A model generated the notes under the pieces. The model was not told where the DNA came from. It saw only the letters and a list, made by a program, of their open reading frames with translations, and did not search any database. Positions 11,721-23,894 of a DNA stretch of 56,770 bases are shown here, piece by piece. The stretch comes from Chiloscyllium plagiosum (taxonomy: Eukaryota): contig NC_057735.1 of the NCBI RefSeq assembly GCF_004010195.1, positions 7,499,237-7,556,006 of the forward strand, written 5' to 3'. The stretch's first letter is position 1, and each line of letters opens with the position of its first letter. A program made the translations under genes and the position numbers.

Positions 11721-12950
11721 GTTCTGCCTTCTGGATTTCTGGGTTGCTGCAGTGTGTCCTTATTGAGAAGGTGACCAAACAGGTGAATGAGGATAAAGCA
11801 GTTGATGTGGTGTATATGGATTTCAGTAAGGCGTTTGATAAGGTTCCCACGGTAGGCAATTGCAGAAAATGCAGAGGCATGAGATTGAGGGTGATTGAGC
11901 CATTTGGATCAGAAATTAGCTAGCTGAAAGAAGACAGAGGGTGGTGGCTGATGGGAAATGGTCATCCTGGAGTTCAGTTACTAGTGGTGTACAGCAATGA
12001 TCTGTTTTGGGGCCACTGCCGTTTGTTATTTTTATAAATGATCTGGATGAGGGTGTAGAAGAATGGGTTAGTAAATTTGCAGAAGACACGAAGGTCAGTG
12101 GAGTTGTGGATAGTGTCAAAGGAAGTTATATTTTACAGAGGGACATAGATAAGCTGCAGAGCTGGGCTGAAAGGTGGCAAATGGAGTTTAACGTGGAAAT
12201 GTGTGAGGTAATTCACTTTGAAAAGAGCAAGAGGCATACAAAGTACTGGGCTGATGGTAAGATTCTTGGTAGTATAGATGAGCAGAGAAATCTCAATGTC
12301 CATGTACATATATCCCTGAAAGTTACCACCCAGGTTGACAGGGTTGTTAAGAAAGCGTACTGGGTTTTAGCTTTTAATGGTAGAGGGATTGAGTTTCAGA
12401 GCCATGAGGTCATGTTGCAGCTGTACAAAACTCTGGAGCAGCTGCACCTGGAGTATTGCGTACAGTTCTGGTCGCTGCATTATAGGAAGGATGTGGAAGC
12501 TTTGAGAAGGTTGCAGAGGAGATTTACCAGGATGTTGCCTGGTATGGAGGAAATGTCTTATGAGGAACGGCTGAGGGATTTGAGGCTTTTTTCATTAGAG
12601 AGAAGAAGGTTGAGAGGTGACTTAATTGAGACATGGAAGATAATCAGAGAATTAGATAGGGTGGACAGTGAGAGCCGTTTTCCTTGGCTGGTGATGGCTA
12701 GCAATAGGGGGCATAGCTTTGAATCGAGAGGTGATAGATATAGAATAGGTGTCAGAGGTAGTTTCTTTACTCAGAGTAGTAGGGGCATGGAACACCCTGC
12801 CAGCAATAGTAGTAGACTCGTCAACTTTAAGGATATTTAAATGGTCATTGGATGAACATATGGATGAAAATGGAATAAGGTAGGTTAGATGGGCTTCAGA
12901 TTGGTTTCACAGGTTGGGGCCTGTACTGTGCTATAATGTTCTATATTCTA
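11721..12950 (+). mobile_element. CR1 LINE 3' fragment (RT), nested in the Penelope element
   Basis: AVDVVYMDFSKAFDKVP, GPLPFVIFINDLD..SKFAEDTK, LEYCVQFWS; ends in (ttctat)n-like tail. Confidence 0.92.
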
Positions 12951-13027
12951 TATCCTTGTTCATTTAAATAGTGTCCTAATGCAATTTCATTTGTGGATGC
13001 TGTGATGTTGCTGTTATCCTTTGTTTG

Positions 13028-13207
13028 GGAGAAAGTGAGGACTGCAGATGCTGGAGATCAGAGCTGAAAATGTGTTGCTGGAAAAGCGCAGCAGGTCAGG
13101 CAGCATCCAAGGAACAGGAGAATCGATGTTTCGGGCATAAGCCCTTCTTCAGGAATTCCTGAAGAAGGGCTTATGCCCAAAACGTCGATTCTCCTGTTCC
13201 TTGGATG
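13028..13207. mobile_element. Fold-back Penelope-derived mini-element
   Basis: About 52-bp inverted arms centred on CAGGAATTCCTG; 16-bp TSD TGTTATCCTTTGTTTG (13012-13027, 13206-13221). Confidence 0.85.
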
Positions 13208-13978
13208 TTATCCTTTGTTTGTCATCCTTAAATGCACACAACTGGAATAATCCCACCACCACATCAATAATATCCTAACCAGAATAAAGCTCACTAAAAA
13301 AGAGGAGAACAACAGCAGACTCCCTTTTCTGGACATATTAGTGGAATGCACACCCTACTGGTGATCTCCAAACCAGTGTGTACAGAATGAACACCCATAC
13401 AGACCAGATTATAGTTTCAAGGCAATCTTTCTTCCCCAACCAACAGCATGCAAAAACTGATTATCTGGTGATTTATATCATTGCTTTTTGTAATATAATA
13501 TGTGTACCAATTGGTTTCCATCTTTCTTTACAACACATCCATGACTCTACTTCAGAAAAAATTATTGGTGATGTTTTATCTTCACCATGAGAAGATTCTC
13601 TGAAAGGTGTAACTCAGATCTCCCATAGGGGATGACTGTTTTCATGTTGTTTGAGTCAAAAGTTAGTTCATGCTGTCTTTTGTCTAATCCATAAATATTT
13701 TGACTTGAGTTGGTCAGGTGACTCCTCTGACCATAGTTAAATCAATATTTTGTCCCATTAATAGAAAGAATCAGCTAATGAATACTCTGGTATGAACTGC
13801 CAAAGAAAATCAAAGATCAATATCAATATTATATATCACATGACAAGGGAAATTACATAAAGATTAAACCATTATCCACCCCAAAAAAGCCCCTGGGATC
13901 CATTTGGGAATAGACCTCTCTTGATTGACTGCAACTCAGAATCAGAAGAAATTAAATATTTTCCCCATTTCTCAATAG

Positions 13979-14084
13979 GATTTGAATTAAGTTGTGAAGT
14001 TTCTCCAACAATATCTCCAACAACATCAACCATATCAACAACAACTTCAACCACATTTTCAAGACCTGTGTCTGTCAGCAAAAG
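13979..14084 (+). CDS. Gene 1 exon: Cys plus mucin-like Ser/Thr/Pro stalk (FELSCEVSPTISPTTSTISTTTSTTFSRPVSVSK)
   Basis: Acceptor ttctcaatag phase 1, donor AG|GTACAA phase 2. Keeps frame between the C2 and TM exons. Confidence 0.82.
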
Positions 14085-14374
14085 GTACAATATTTTCATT
14101 TGAGTGTTACCATTAGCATTGCTGTCAAATGAGAATAAATAAATATTTTGTCATAAGGGTTTACAATAGCTTGCTTCCTATCACAGATAATAATTTATCA
14201 GAATGATTATGATGGCTGGATTTACACCATGCTATTTTATGAGCTTATTATCAGACATTGTAACCTTTGTGGGGGTGGTGGTGTAAGAATAAGAAGCAAA
14301 AACACTTGAATGAGCATTTGAAGTGTCATAACATTCAAGATTGTGGGCCAAGTGTGGGAAAATGGAATTACAAA

Positions 14375-16610
14375 GAACAAACAACAATGCAGCACAGGAA
14401 CAGGTCCTTTTGCCCTCCAAGCCTGTATTGACACATTTTGCCCTTCTATACTAGAACTGCTTTCACATATCCCTACATTCTGTTCCCATTCATGTATTTG
14501 TCCAGGTGCTTCTTGAATGCTGCTATTGTGTTTGCTTCCACCACCTCCTCTGGCAGCGTGTTCTAGGGATTCACCACCCTTTGTCTGAAAAACTTGCCTC
14601 GTCCATCTCTTTTAAACCCCTGTCCTCAAACCTTGAACCTGTGTCCCCTTGTAATTGACCCCTCATAATTGACCCCTCCACCCTGGGGAAAAAGCATCAT
14701 ACCTTCCACTCAGTCCATGTCATTCACAATCTTAGATACTTCTTATCAGGTCGCCCTTAAACTCCTTCACTCCAGTGAAAACAAACCCAGTCTATCCAAC
14801 CTTTCTTCATGACTTAAATCTCCCATACTCGGCAACATCCTGATAAAACTTTTCTGTACCCTCTCCAAAGCATCGACGTCCTTCCGGTAGTGTGGTGACC
14901 AGAACAGCACACAATATTCCAAGTGTGGTTGAACTAAGGTTCTATAAAGCTCCAGCATCACTCGTTTATCCTTATTCTCAATGCCCCTTCCAATGATGGC
15001 AAGCATGCCATCGACCTTTTTTACCACCTTATCTACCTGATCGGCCACCTTCAGTGATCTGTGGAACTGCATGCTCAGATCCCTCTGCATTTCAATACTC
15101 TTAAGGATTATGCCATTCGCTATATATCTTTGACCTGTACATGACTTTCTAAAATGCATCACTTTACATTTGTCTGGATGAAACTCCATCTACATTTTTT
15201 CTTCTCGTGCCTCCAACTGATCTTTATCCCACTGTATTCTCTGACAATCCTCCTCACTATATCCACAACTCCACCAATCTTTGTATCATCTGAAAACCTA
15301 CTAAGACCAGCTACATTTTCCTCCAAATCACTTATGTAGACCTCAAACAGCAGAGGCCCCAGCACTGGTCCCTGTGGAACACCACTAGTCACAACCCTCC
15401 AATCCAAAATGTATCCTTCCACCACTACCCTCTGTCTCCTATGATTAAGCCAGTTTTGTATCCATCTTGCCAGCTTACCACCAATACTATGTGACTTCAC
15501 GTTTTGTACCAATGTGCCTTGAGGGATCTTGTCAAAGGCTTTACTGCAATCCATGTAGACAACATCAACTGCTTTTCCCTCATTGATCAACTTCATTACA
15601 TCACATCCTCAAAAACTCAGTCAAGTTAGTGAGGCACTAAACCATGCTGTATATCACTAATAAGTGCACTTGCTTCTAATTGCATGTACTATAGATCTTG
15701 TCCCTGAGAACCTTTTCCAATAATTTCCCCACCACGTTAGATTTGAGACTCACAGGCCTGTAATTTCCTGGATTATCCCTGCTACCCTTTTTTAAACAAT
15801 GGGACAACTTTGGCTGTTCTCCAGTCCTTTGGGAATTCCCATGTGTCTAAAGAGGATACGGAGATGCCTGTCAATGCTCCAGCAATTTGTTCTCTTGCCT
15901 CCTTCAATATTCTGTGATAGCTCCCATCAGGACCCAGGTACATATTTGCCTTAATACTTCTTAAGAAATGCAATACCTCTTCTTTTTTAATAGCAAATTG
16001 GATTAGAGACTTGATACTACCTTCCCTGAGATCATCCTCCACCAATTCTTTCTCTTTGGTGAATACTAAGTATTCATTTAGGACCCCACCTACCTCTTTT
16101 GCCCTGAGTGAGCCAACCCTTTCCCTGGCTACCTTATTGCTTTTTATATAGGTATAAAAGTCATTGGGATTTTCCTTAATTCTGTTTGCTAACGACTTTT
16201 CATGACCCCTTTTAGCCCTTCTCATTTCTTGTTTAAGTTTTTTTCCTACTTTCTTTATATACTTCAAGGGCTTCATCAGTTCCTATCCTCCTAGAACTTA
16301 TGTATGCTTCCCTTTTCTTTTTGACCAAGGTCATTCCACAGTTCACGTAACTTGCCACAGCTATTCTTCATTCATGCAGGAACATGTCGCTCCTGAACTT
16401 CTTTCAACTGCCGTTTCAAATAGTCCCACATCTGATGTGGATTTACCCTCAAACAGCCACGTCCAATTAACATTCTTCAGTTCCTGCTTAATATTGTTGT
16501 AGTTCATCTTCCCCAAATTTAACACCTTTGCCTGAGGACTGCTGTAAACCCTATACATGAGTATCTAAAAACTCATAGTATTATGATCACCACTCCTGAA
16601 ATGCTCCCTC
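14375..16610 (-). mobile_element. CR1 LINE, 5'-truncated and frameshifted
   Basis: Minus ORFs 16361-16558, 15782-16276, 15159-15596 and 14767-15189 give consecutive CR1 ORF2 pieces. Confidence 0.92.
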
Positions 16611-16971
16611 CAAAACTTAGTGTACGTTAGATTTGTGCAGATGGTAGGTATTTTTAGTAATACAAACTCGATGGGCCAAAGACTCTCTTCTGTACTGTAC
16701 GATTCTAAGATAAACATCTCCAGTTTGCTGATCCTCGCATGCTGCTGGTTTCAGTTTTCACTTAATTACTTCACCTTTAACCCTACTTCATAGAACAATC
16801 ATTGTCACAGTCCGGTATTGCCTATTTTCCTTGACCTTGCCTATTTTGGGAATGGCTCTGTAAGAAAAGTTGCATTCTTTCTCATTTCATCCATATTATT
16901 TCCCTTTACAGATTGTTCCCAAACTGAGAATTAGTGAGTACTCTCTGCTTCTAGCTTGTTCCTAAACTAGA

Positions 16972-17742
16972 TGTGTAAAAGCAGTGTGGAGTGATGATAA
17001 TTTGAATATTCTTATGCCTTGAGAGAAATCTCAATTGCTACTTGACCCCGAGCAGTGTTTCCTTTAGGTGATCAGGTTATAATGCTCTTACATATAAAAT
17101 TATGCCTAATTTTACACTTCTTAATTGTGGACACTGTGTGACGATGCTGCTCCCTTAACAAGGTTATGTTGTCCTTGTTTTTTTTCAATAGGGGTTCAAT
17201 AGGAGATTCTGCCATGTCTGAGTTTAGGGCACTTTGATTATAACTAATGGTTACTGCCGAAGGCAAGAATCAGGGAAAAGGACTTTTAGGGTTTTTTTTG
17301 TTTTAAAACACTTGTACAATGAAAGGGAAGTGGCCAGTTCTACCAGTTCAGGGGTTTTCTAGTTTGATTTAGTTTTAGCTGGGAATCCAGAGAAGCTGCT
17401 GGAGTAACAAAAGAGGCTCCATGCTGATCCTCTCTCTCTCTCTCCCTCTGACATCTCTCTCTCCTATAAGAACTTGTGCTTGAATTTACCTTTTTGCCAA
17501 GGCAGGTGTTCATGGGATATTGCAGGCAATTGGAACAGCTCTGTATTAAATTGTAGGTGTTATTGCGTCAGTTGGGTTTTCAAATTGTTAAGTTATTGTA
17601 AACTCTGTTTTCTTTTGTTTGTGTTTCTACCATAGAATATTCACTTTACATTTGCCTGAACAGCTAAAAAAGTTTGAGTATGGGCTACCTTCTTAAATTT
17701 TTTTTTTGGGGGGGGGGCGGTGTTCTCACCTTTTCCACAACA
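16972..17742. mobile_element. Possible solo-LTR-like element
   Basis: About 770-bp block bounded by TG...CA with a CT-rich core; no clean TSD found. Confidence 0.25.
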
Positions 17743-17959
17743 AACTGTAAATGAACTTTGATTATGCATGAAAGACAATTATGATCATCAAATTAGGACA
17801 AAATACAGGAGAGTTTAATGCTTCAGATAAGATGTCTTCACTCTAATGCTTTAATTGTTAATATATGCTAAAGTTAGACTACAAACAGTTAATAATTGTT
17901 TCAAACAGGAAGCAATCCCATTTCCTTCAAACAATTTTTATTTGTTCTCTTTTGCTCAG

Positions 17960-18050
17960 CTACACCACCTACAGTGTTATACGTTGGGTGCTCTTTGCTG
18001 TGCTGGTGATTTGTGCTGTTTCAGTGACAATGTTTACAAGAAAATCTAAG
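17960..18050 (+). CDS. Gene 1 exon: transmembrane segment (YTTYSVIRWVLFAVLVICAVSVTMFTRKSK)
   Basis: Long polypyrimidine acceptor ...ctcag phase 2, donor AAG|GTAGGG phase 0. Hydrophobic span followed by basic RKSK. Exons 1-5 total 870 nt in frame. Confidence 0.88.
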
Positions 18051-18347
18051 GTAGGGATCATGTACTTTGATACACACCTCCACTTCTTTTGATGATATTG
18101 GTCACAGATAATGTAAATCAGATCACGCAAAAAAAATATGTTGCAGCCAACACAGGTTACTGATGTCAAGCAGGAAAATCAAGTTGACTCCTCATTTCTG
18201 GATGGAGTTGTAATTTTTAAAGTTTGTTGCTTCATCCACCCAGAAGAAATCAGTATAATATCAGTCTAGGGTAATCCTCTGATATATGATTGTTTCACTC
18301 TAAGTTTGATGGTTGTTGTTATAATTAACGACTTTCTTGTCTTCAAG

Positions 18348-18380
18348 ACATCTCAAACAAACTCAAAAAGCTGCCTTTGA
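18348..18380 (+). CDS. Gene 1 candidate cytoplasmic tail exon A (TSQTNSKSCL*)
   Basis: Branch-like aattaac, pyrimidine tract, AAG acceptor, stop at 18378-18380, and a good downstream donor AAG|GTGAGG at 18409. No transcript support. Confidence 0.4.
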   Translation, partial: TSQTNSKSCL

Positions 18381-18424
18381 AATGTTATCATTAGTATTTT
18401 CAACAAAGGTGAGGATTGATACAC

Positions 18425-20283
18425 GCAGAGAGAAACACAGCAAAGAAGAGATGAAGGTGTGGCGAAGGAGCTGGTGTAGGGGAGAAGGATTCACATTTTT
18501 GAATCATTGGAATCTCTTCTGTGGTGAAGTGATCTATTTAAGAAGGATGAATTGGAAGGGGACTAATAAATTGGCAGGGAGATTTGCTCGAGCTGATTGG
18601 GAGGCTTTAAACTCATAAGGTGGTGGGGTGGGACTCAGGGAGATCGTGAGAAAAGAGATCTGTTTGAGACGGTTGCAAAAAGACGCAAGTCAAACAGTCA
18701 GGGCAGGTAGGAACAAAGCAGAGAATGAGATTATTAAACTGCAGTTATTTCAATGCAAGAGGCCAAGCAGGGAAGGCAGATGAACTCAAGGCATGATTTG
18801 GAACATGAGACTAGGATATCATAGCAATAACAGAGACATGACTCAGGGATGGACAGGACTGGAAGCTTAATGTTCCAGGATACAAATGCTATAGGAAGTA
18901 GACAAAGGTGGGCAAAACAGGAGGGGGAGTGACATTTTTGGTAAGGGATAACATTACGACTGTGCTCAAGGACGATATTCTTGGGAATTTCTAGCAAGTT
19001 ATTTGGGTGGAACTGAGAAATAAGAAAGGGTTGATTACCTTATGTGGGCTGTGCTCTAGACTCCCAATAGTCAGTGAAAAAATTAAGAAACAAATTTGTA
19101 ACGAGATCTCAATTATCTGTAAGAACAATCTTACAGATAATAGTCAGGTGGAAATCGGTTTAACTCAGTTGGCTGGATTGTTGGTTTACAAAGCAGTGTG
19201 ATGCCAACAGCATGGGTTCAGTTCCCATCACCAGTTTGAGGTTACCATGAAGGACTCTCCTTCTCAACCTCATCCCTTGCCTGAGGTCTGCTGGCCCTCG
19301 GGTTAACTCACCACCAGTCAATTCTCTGTACTGAGAGAGTAGCCCCTATGGTCAAGTAAGACAATGGTGACAAACAATAGTCAGAGAATTTAACTTGGAG
19401 GTGTAGTGGACAGCGAAGAAGGTTACCTCAGAGTACAATGGGATCTTGTTCAGATAAGCCAATGAGCTCGGAATTAGCAGATGGAGTTTAATTTAGATAA
19501 GTGTGAGGTGCTGTGTTTGGAAAGGCAAATCAGGGCAGGACTTATACACATAATGTAAGATCCTGGGGCGTGTTGCTGAACAACGGGACCTTGGAGTGCA
19601 GGTTGATAGTTCCCTGAAAGTGGAGTCGCAGGCAGGTAGGATAGTGAAGAAGGCTTTTAATTTGCTTTCCTTTATTGGTCAGACCACTGAGTATAGGAGT
19701 TGGAAGGTCATATTGCAGCTGTACGGGACATTAGTTAGGCCACTTTTGGAATATTGTGTGCAGTCCTGGTCTCCTTCCTATCAGAAGGATGTTGTGAAAC
19801 TTGAAAGGATTCAGAAAAGATTTACAGAAATGTTGCCAGGGTTGGAGGGTTTGAGCTATAACGAGAGGCTGAATAGGCCGGGACTGTTTTCCCTGGAGCT
19901 TTAGAGGTTGAGGGGTGACCTTCTCAAGTTTTATAAAATCAAAAGGGGCATGGATTAGGTAAATAGACAGGATCTTTTCCCTGATTTGGGCAAGTCCAGA
20001 ACTCAATAGCATAAATTTAGGGTAAAAGAGACCTAAGGGATAACTTCTTCATGCAAAGGGTGGTTCATATATGGAATGAGCTGCTAGGGGAAGTGGTGAA
20101 GGCTAGTACAATTATAACAGTCAATACACATCCGTACTGGTACATGAATAGGATTTGTTTGGAGGGATACAGGTCAAGTGTGGGTAAATGGGACTAGATT
20201 AATTTCGGATATCTGGTCAGCATGGATGAGTTGAACTGAAGGGTCTGTTTCTGTGCTGTCCTCTCTATGACCCTATGACTCTA
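18425..20283 (+). mobile_element. Internally deleted CR1 LINE (ORF1 esterase end, ORF2 start, RT 3' end) with an internal SINE
   Basis: RSWCRGEGFTFLNHWNLF..NWKGTNKLAGRFARA (CR1 ORF1-like), YFNAR endonuclease start, LEYCVQSWSP, ctatgact tail. Confidence 0.85.
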
Positions 20284-20679
20284 ACTGAATAAATAATTGA
20301 GTTAGAGCAGGATAGTGAATAAATTCCCCTGCCCTTCTTCAAAATAATGTCATGACAGTTTTAGGCACCTGAACAAACAGATGGGAATCACAGATGCCAA
20401 TCAATTTCACAGTCAAAATCTATCTCTTTTTGAGACTGAGATGTGGTAGATTATGAAGCCAAAAACCCTCAGTCCCAGTCAAAGAACTCCATATGACATA
20501 GAAAAGCCAATATCATTGTAGAGAGGACTGTGCTCTGAATCTAGAGCATTCCTTGGGATGGGAACAGAACATCACAAAACAGAGAGAAAGGGCAAATTTA
20601 TCCAGATGGCACTCAATGTGGGGAATTAGAAGTTCACCCTTTTTGGATCTGATAAAGATAAGTCAGAATAATTTCTTAA

Positions 20680-21200
20680 ACAAAAAAACATTGCTGAAGA
20701 AACTCAGCAAGTCTAGCAGGATCTATGCAAAGAAAGCAGAGTCAATGCTTTGGGTCCTTCTTCAATTCTGTAGAAGAGTTACTAGAATCAAAATGTTAAC
20801 TCTTTTTTTAGATTAGATTAGATTACTTTACAGTGTGGAAACAGGCCCTTCGGCCCAACAAGTCCACACCGACCCACCGAAGCGCAACCCACCCATACCC
20901 CTAACCTAACACTACGGGCAATTTAGCATAGCCAATTCACCTGACCTGCACATCTTTGGACTGTGGGAGGAAACCGGAGCACCCGGAGGAAACCCACGCA
21001 GACACGGGGAGAATGTGCAAACTCCACACAGTCAGTCGCCTGAGGCGGGAACTGAACCCGGGTCTCTGGTGCTGTGAGGCAGCAGTGCTAACCACTGTGC
21101 CACTGTGCCATCTCTCTACAGATGCTGACACACCTGCCAAGTTTCTTCATAATTTCTGTTTTTGTTTCAGATTTCCAGCATCCGCAGTTTCTCTGGTTTT
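20680..21200. mobile_element. Old fold-back Penelope-derived element interrupted by an HE1 SINE
   Basis: Degenerate inverted arms; flanked by TCARAATAATTTCTTAA direct repeats (about 20662 and 21203). Confidence 0.6.
20810..21109 (-). mobile_element. HE1-type (V-SINE) elasmobranch SINE
   Basis: tRNA-like head GGCACAGTGGTTAGCACTGCTGCCTCACAGC, V-domain GTTTGCACATTCTCCCCGTGTCTGCGTGGGTTTCCTCCGGGTGCTCCGG, (aatct)n tail. Confidence 0.92.
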
Positions 21201-22065
21201 AGATCAAAATAATTTCTTAATGCTGAGAGACTGGAATATGTGGACAGATAGCACAATAAGTATGCTGTACAACAATCCACACAAAAAGGAATGTGTGAAT
21301 GCAGGAAATAATTTGAGGATAATCTAATGTTGGCCTTTACAGGAATTGAAAATTAAAAATGAGAAAGTGATGTTTGAGTTGCATAAAATCTTAATCAGAT
21401 TCCCTCGAGAAATCTGCATTTAGATTTCTCACAGAAACCCAGGAGAGAACTATTGGCATTCGAAAGGGTGCAGTGTAAATTAATGAGCCAATGATTAAGG
21501 AGATCAATTGGGAGGATAGATTGAATCAATTTGGCTCATGTTCCCTTGAGTTTTTAAAGATTACAACTGGATTGATTGAGCTATTTCTAACTTGTTAGGG
21601 AATTGTTTGGATACCTATAGATAATGGAGAAACTGTTTGGAATTCTAGTGCAGGGGGACATAATCTGAAAACTAGAATTGGTAATGCGGTACCTGCAGAG
21701 GGTGTTCTTTCCGCACATGCAGTTGCAACATCAATGAATTTACAGAGAAAGTGTAGATTTTAACAAACTCAACAAAAGGCTAACAAGCAGAAACGGTGCT
21801 GGTCTCATGTTCTAGGTTTTAATGGAAGCATGATTCTCAGTCTGTATACCCTAATCACCAATTCTCCACTACTTCTGTCTTCCTTTTGCATGGAATCATC
21901 TTTTTACTCAAACACAGCACACAGTTTCACACACAGCTGAGGTTTGCTTCCTCACATGAATGATGTTTCAAAAACAAATGATAGCGATTGCCATTTCAAC
22001 AGCAAAAGTGCCAGCACACATTTTGGGAACACCTGTTAAAACATCTCTGCTATAATTCTAAAAGG

Positions 22066-22197
22066 TGAAAGTGGGTACGGCAGATACTGGATATTAGAGC
22101 CAAGATTAGAGTGGTGCTGGAAAAGCACAGCAGATCAGGCAGCATCTGAGGAGCAGGAAAATCGACTATTGATCAAAAACCTTTCATCAGGAATGAC
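22066..22197 (-). mobile_element. Penelope-like terminal fragment
   Basis: Similar to 55013-55100; flanked by TAATTCTAAAAG direct repeats. Confidence 0.7.
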
Positions 22198-22585
22198 TAA
22201 TTCTAAAAGATCTAGTTTATTAAAGACTGACAGTCTGAAAGAAGAAGTTTGTACTAGAATGCAGAATTATACATCAGCTCAACAATTATTTTATCCGTTT
22301 TGAAGCACAGATGGTACATAAACAATAACATTTCTGCAACCACTCAGGGCAGAAAATGACCTAAATTCCGAGGCCACTCTGCAAATTGAATTGAAGTAAA
22401 AGATGTCATGAGATTATTTCAGAGAGCAGTGGAGTTAGTTTCAGAATCCTCATCAATATATCTTCCGTCTTCAGCATCAGAAAAACTGATTGTGTTCTTT
22501 GTCACAAGTGGGAGTTTGCTGTGAGTAAACTGGCTGCTGTATTCCCAACATTAAAGTAATGACTATACTTCAAAAGTATTCAGTT

Positions 22586-22786
22586 AAAAATCACACAACA
22601 CCAGGTTATAGTCCAACAGGTTTAATTGGAAGCACACTAGCTTTCGGAGTGTCGCTCCTTCATCAGGTGAAGGAGCGGTGCTCCGAAAGCTAGTGCTTCC
22701 AATTAAACCTGTTGGACTATAACCTGGTGTTGTGTGATTTTTAACTTTGTACACCCCAGTCCAACACCAGCATTTCTAAATCAAGA
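22586..22786. mobile_element. Fold-back Penelope-derived mini-element (distinct family)
   Basis: About 80-bp near-perfect inverted arms; 9-bp TSD TATTCAGTT (22577-22585, 22787-22795). Confidence 0.85.
22635..22669 (-). ncRNA. Minimal type I hammerhead ribozyme motif
   Basis: Minus strand CAC-CTGATGA-A-GGAG-CGACA-CTCC-GAAA-GCTA-GTG: stem I CAC/GTG, stem II GGAG/CTCC, palindromic AGCU stem III, CUA site. Confidence 0.75.
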
Positions 22787-23894
22787 TATTCAGTTGTTGT
22801 GAAAAGTATTAGGGATTGGCAATTTTTCTATATTTTTAACTTTCAATGGAGTATTTGAATGAGCAGAAATAAAATTGAAACATGAGGAGATATTTTAAAT
22901 ATCATAAAGGCACTATCCACATAACAGATATTGGTTGCTGTATAAAACACATATTTAAAATAAATCATGAATGGAGGAATGCACATGTGAAATTGGAAAG
23001 CATTTTCCATACAAGGTGTCATGGAAATCTGGAATTGTCCCATCCAAAGCATAGAACATATCACAGTGCAGTACAGGCCCTTCGGCCCTCGATGTTGCGC
23101 TATCCTGTCATACCAATCTGAAGCCCATTCTAACCTACACTCTTCCATGTACATCCATATGCTTGTCAAAAGGCATATGAACACATAGTCAATAGAACAT
23201 TACAGAAATGAAATCACTCGATATATATTTGGTCAGAGACTTACAGAATATGAAATAATATTAAATGGAGCTACAAATCAGCTGTTATGTAATGAAATGG
23301 CAAGAATAATCTCAAGAAGTTGAATGGGCTATTTGTTGTGACATTCATATATAACCCTCTGTCAGAGAACACTTTCAAATAGCAGTCTATTGTTATAAAA
23401 CAATTGAGAGGAGAAATAGGAAGAAAAGAAATTTGAAAGTTGAAAAAATTTGGCAATTACTGTTGGGTGACAGAGAGACTTGCTTTCAGACAAGAACAAG
23501 GGACTAATTTTTATCTCCTCAAACACCAAGTTGTTCAGTCACAGACCCTATGCAATTGTTGCTGCGAATTATACAGACTGACCCCAATAAAATAGATTTA
23601 CTGCAGTGGAGAATCATTGTGTCGATACTCCACCAGCACAGCCACAGGGAAATGGTGTCAACCTGTGAGAAAATGATATTCTTTTAACACAAGGTAACAC
23701 CAATGACATTTTTTTCTCACACACATTGTAACCGCTGATGAGGGAGGGACAAGTGTGTGGTCGACACACGTCCAGTTCATCACAAACTTTGATTGCCTGA
23801 TTTGTTGCCAGTTCTAGAACTCCTTTCAGAACTAACATGTGAAATGATACTTTGTTCTCAATGAAAGTGGAGCCTTAAATGTTTTCTTTTCCAG

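Larger units (their letters stand above)
22380..22820 (+). mobile_element. Old DeuSINE (SacSINE1-like), split by a fold-back element; related copies about 4250-4460 (-), 13430-13600, 39180-39390 (-), 53600-53900
   Basis: gtgggagtttgctgtg..aaactggctgct...gactatacttcaaaagta resembles the Deu domain and tail. Confidence 0.55.

Noticed and set aside
12007-12840. Longest ORF (277 aa) with reverse transcriptase motifs, as a host gene or retron-like system
   Set aside because: It is the 3' part of a CR1 LINE with many similar copies in the window, upstream stops and a degenerate catalytic motif (FAEDT instead of FADDT).
13104-13207. Palindromes as CRISPR repeats, terminators or miRNA genes
   Set aside because: Vertebrate DNA, no repeat-spacer array; the arms match Penelope termini and have TSDs.
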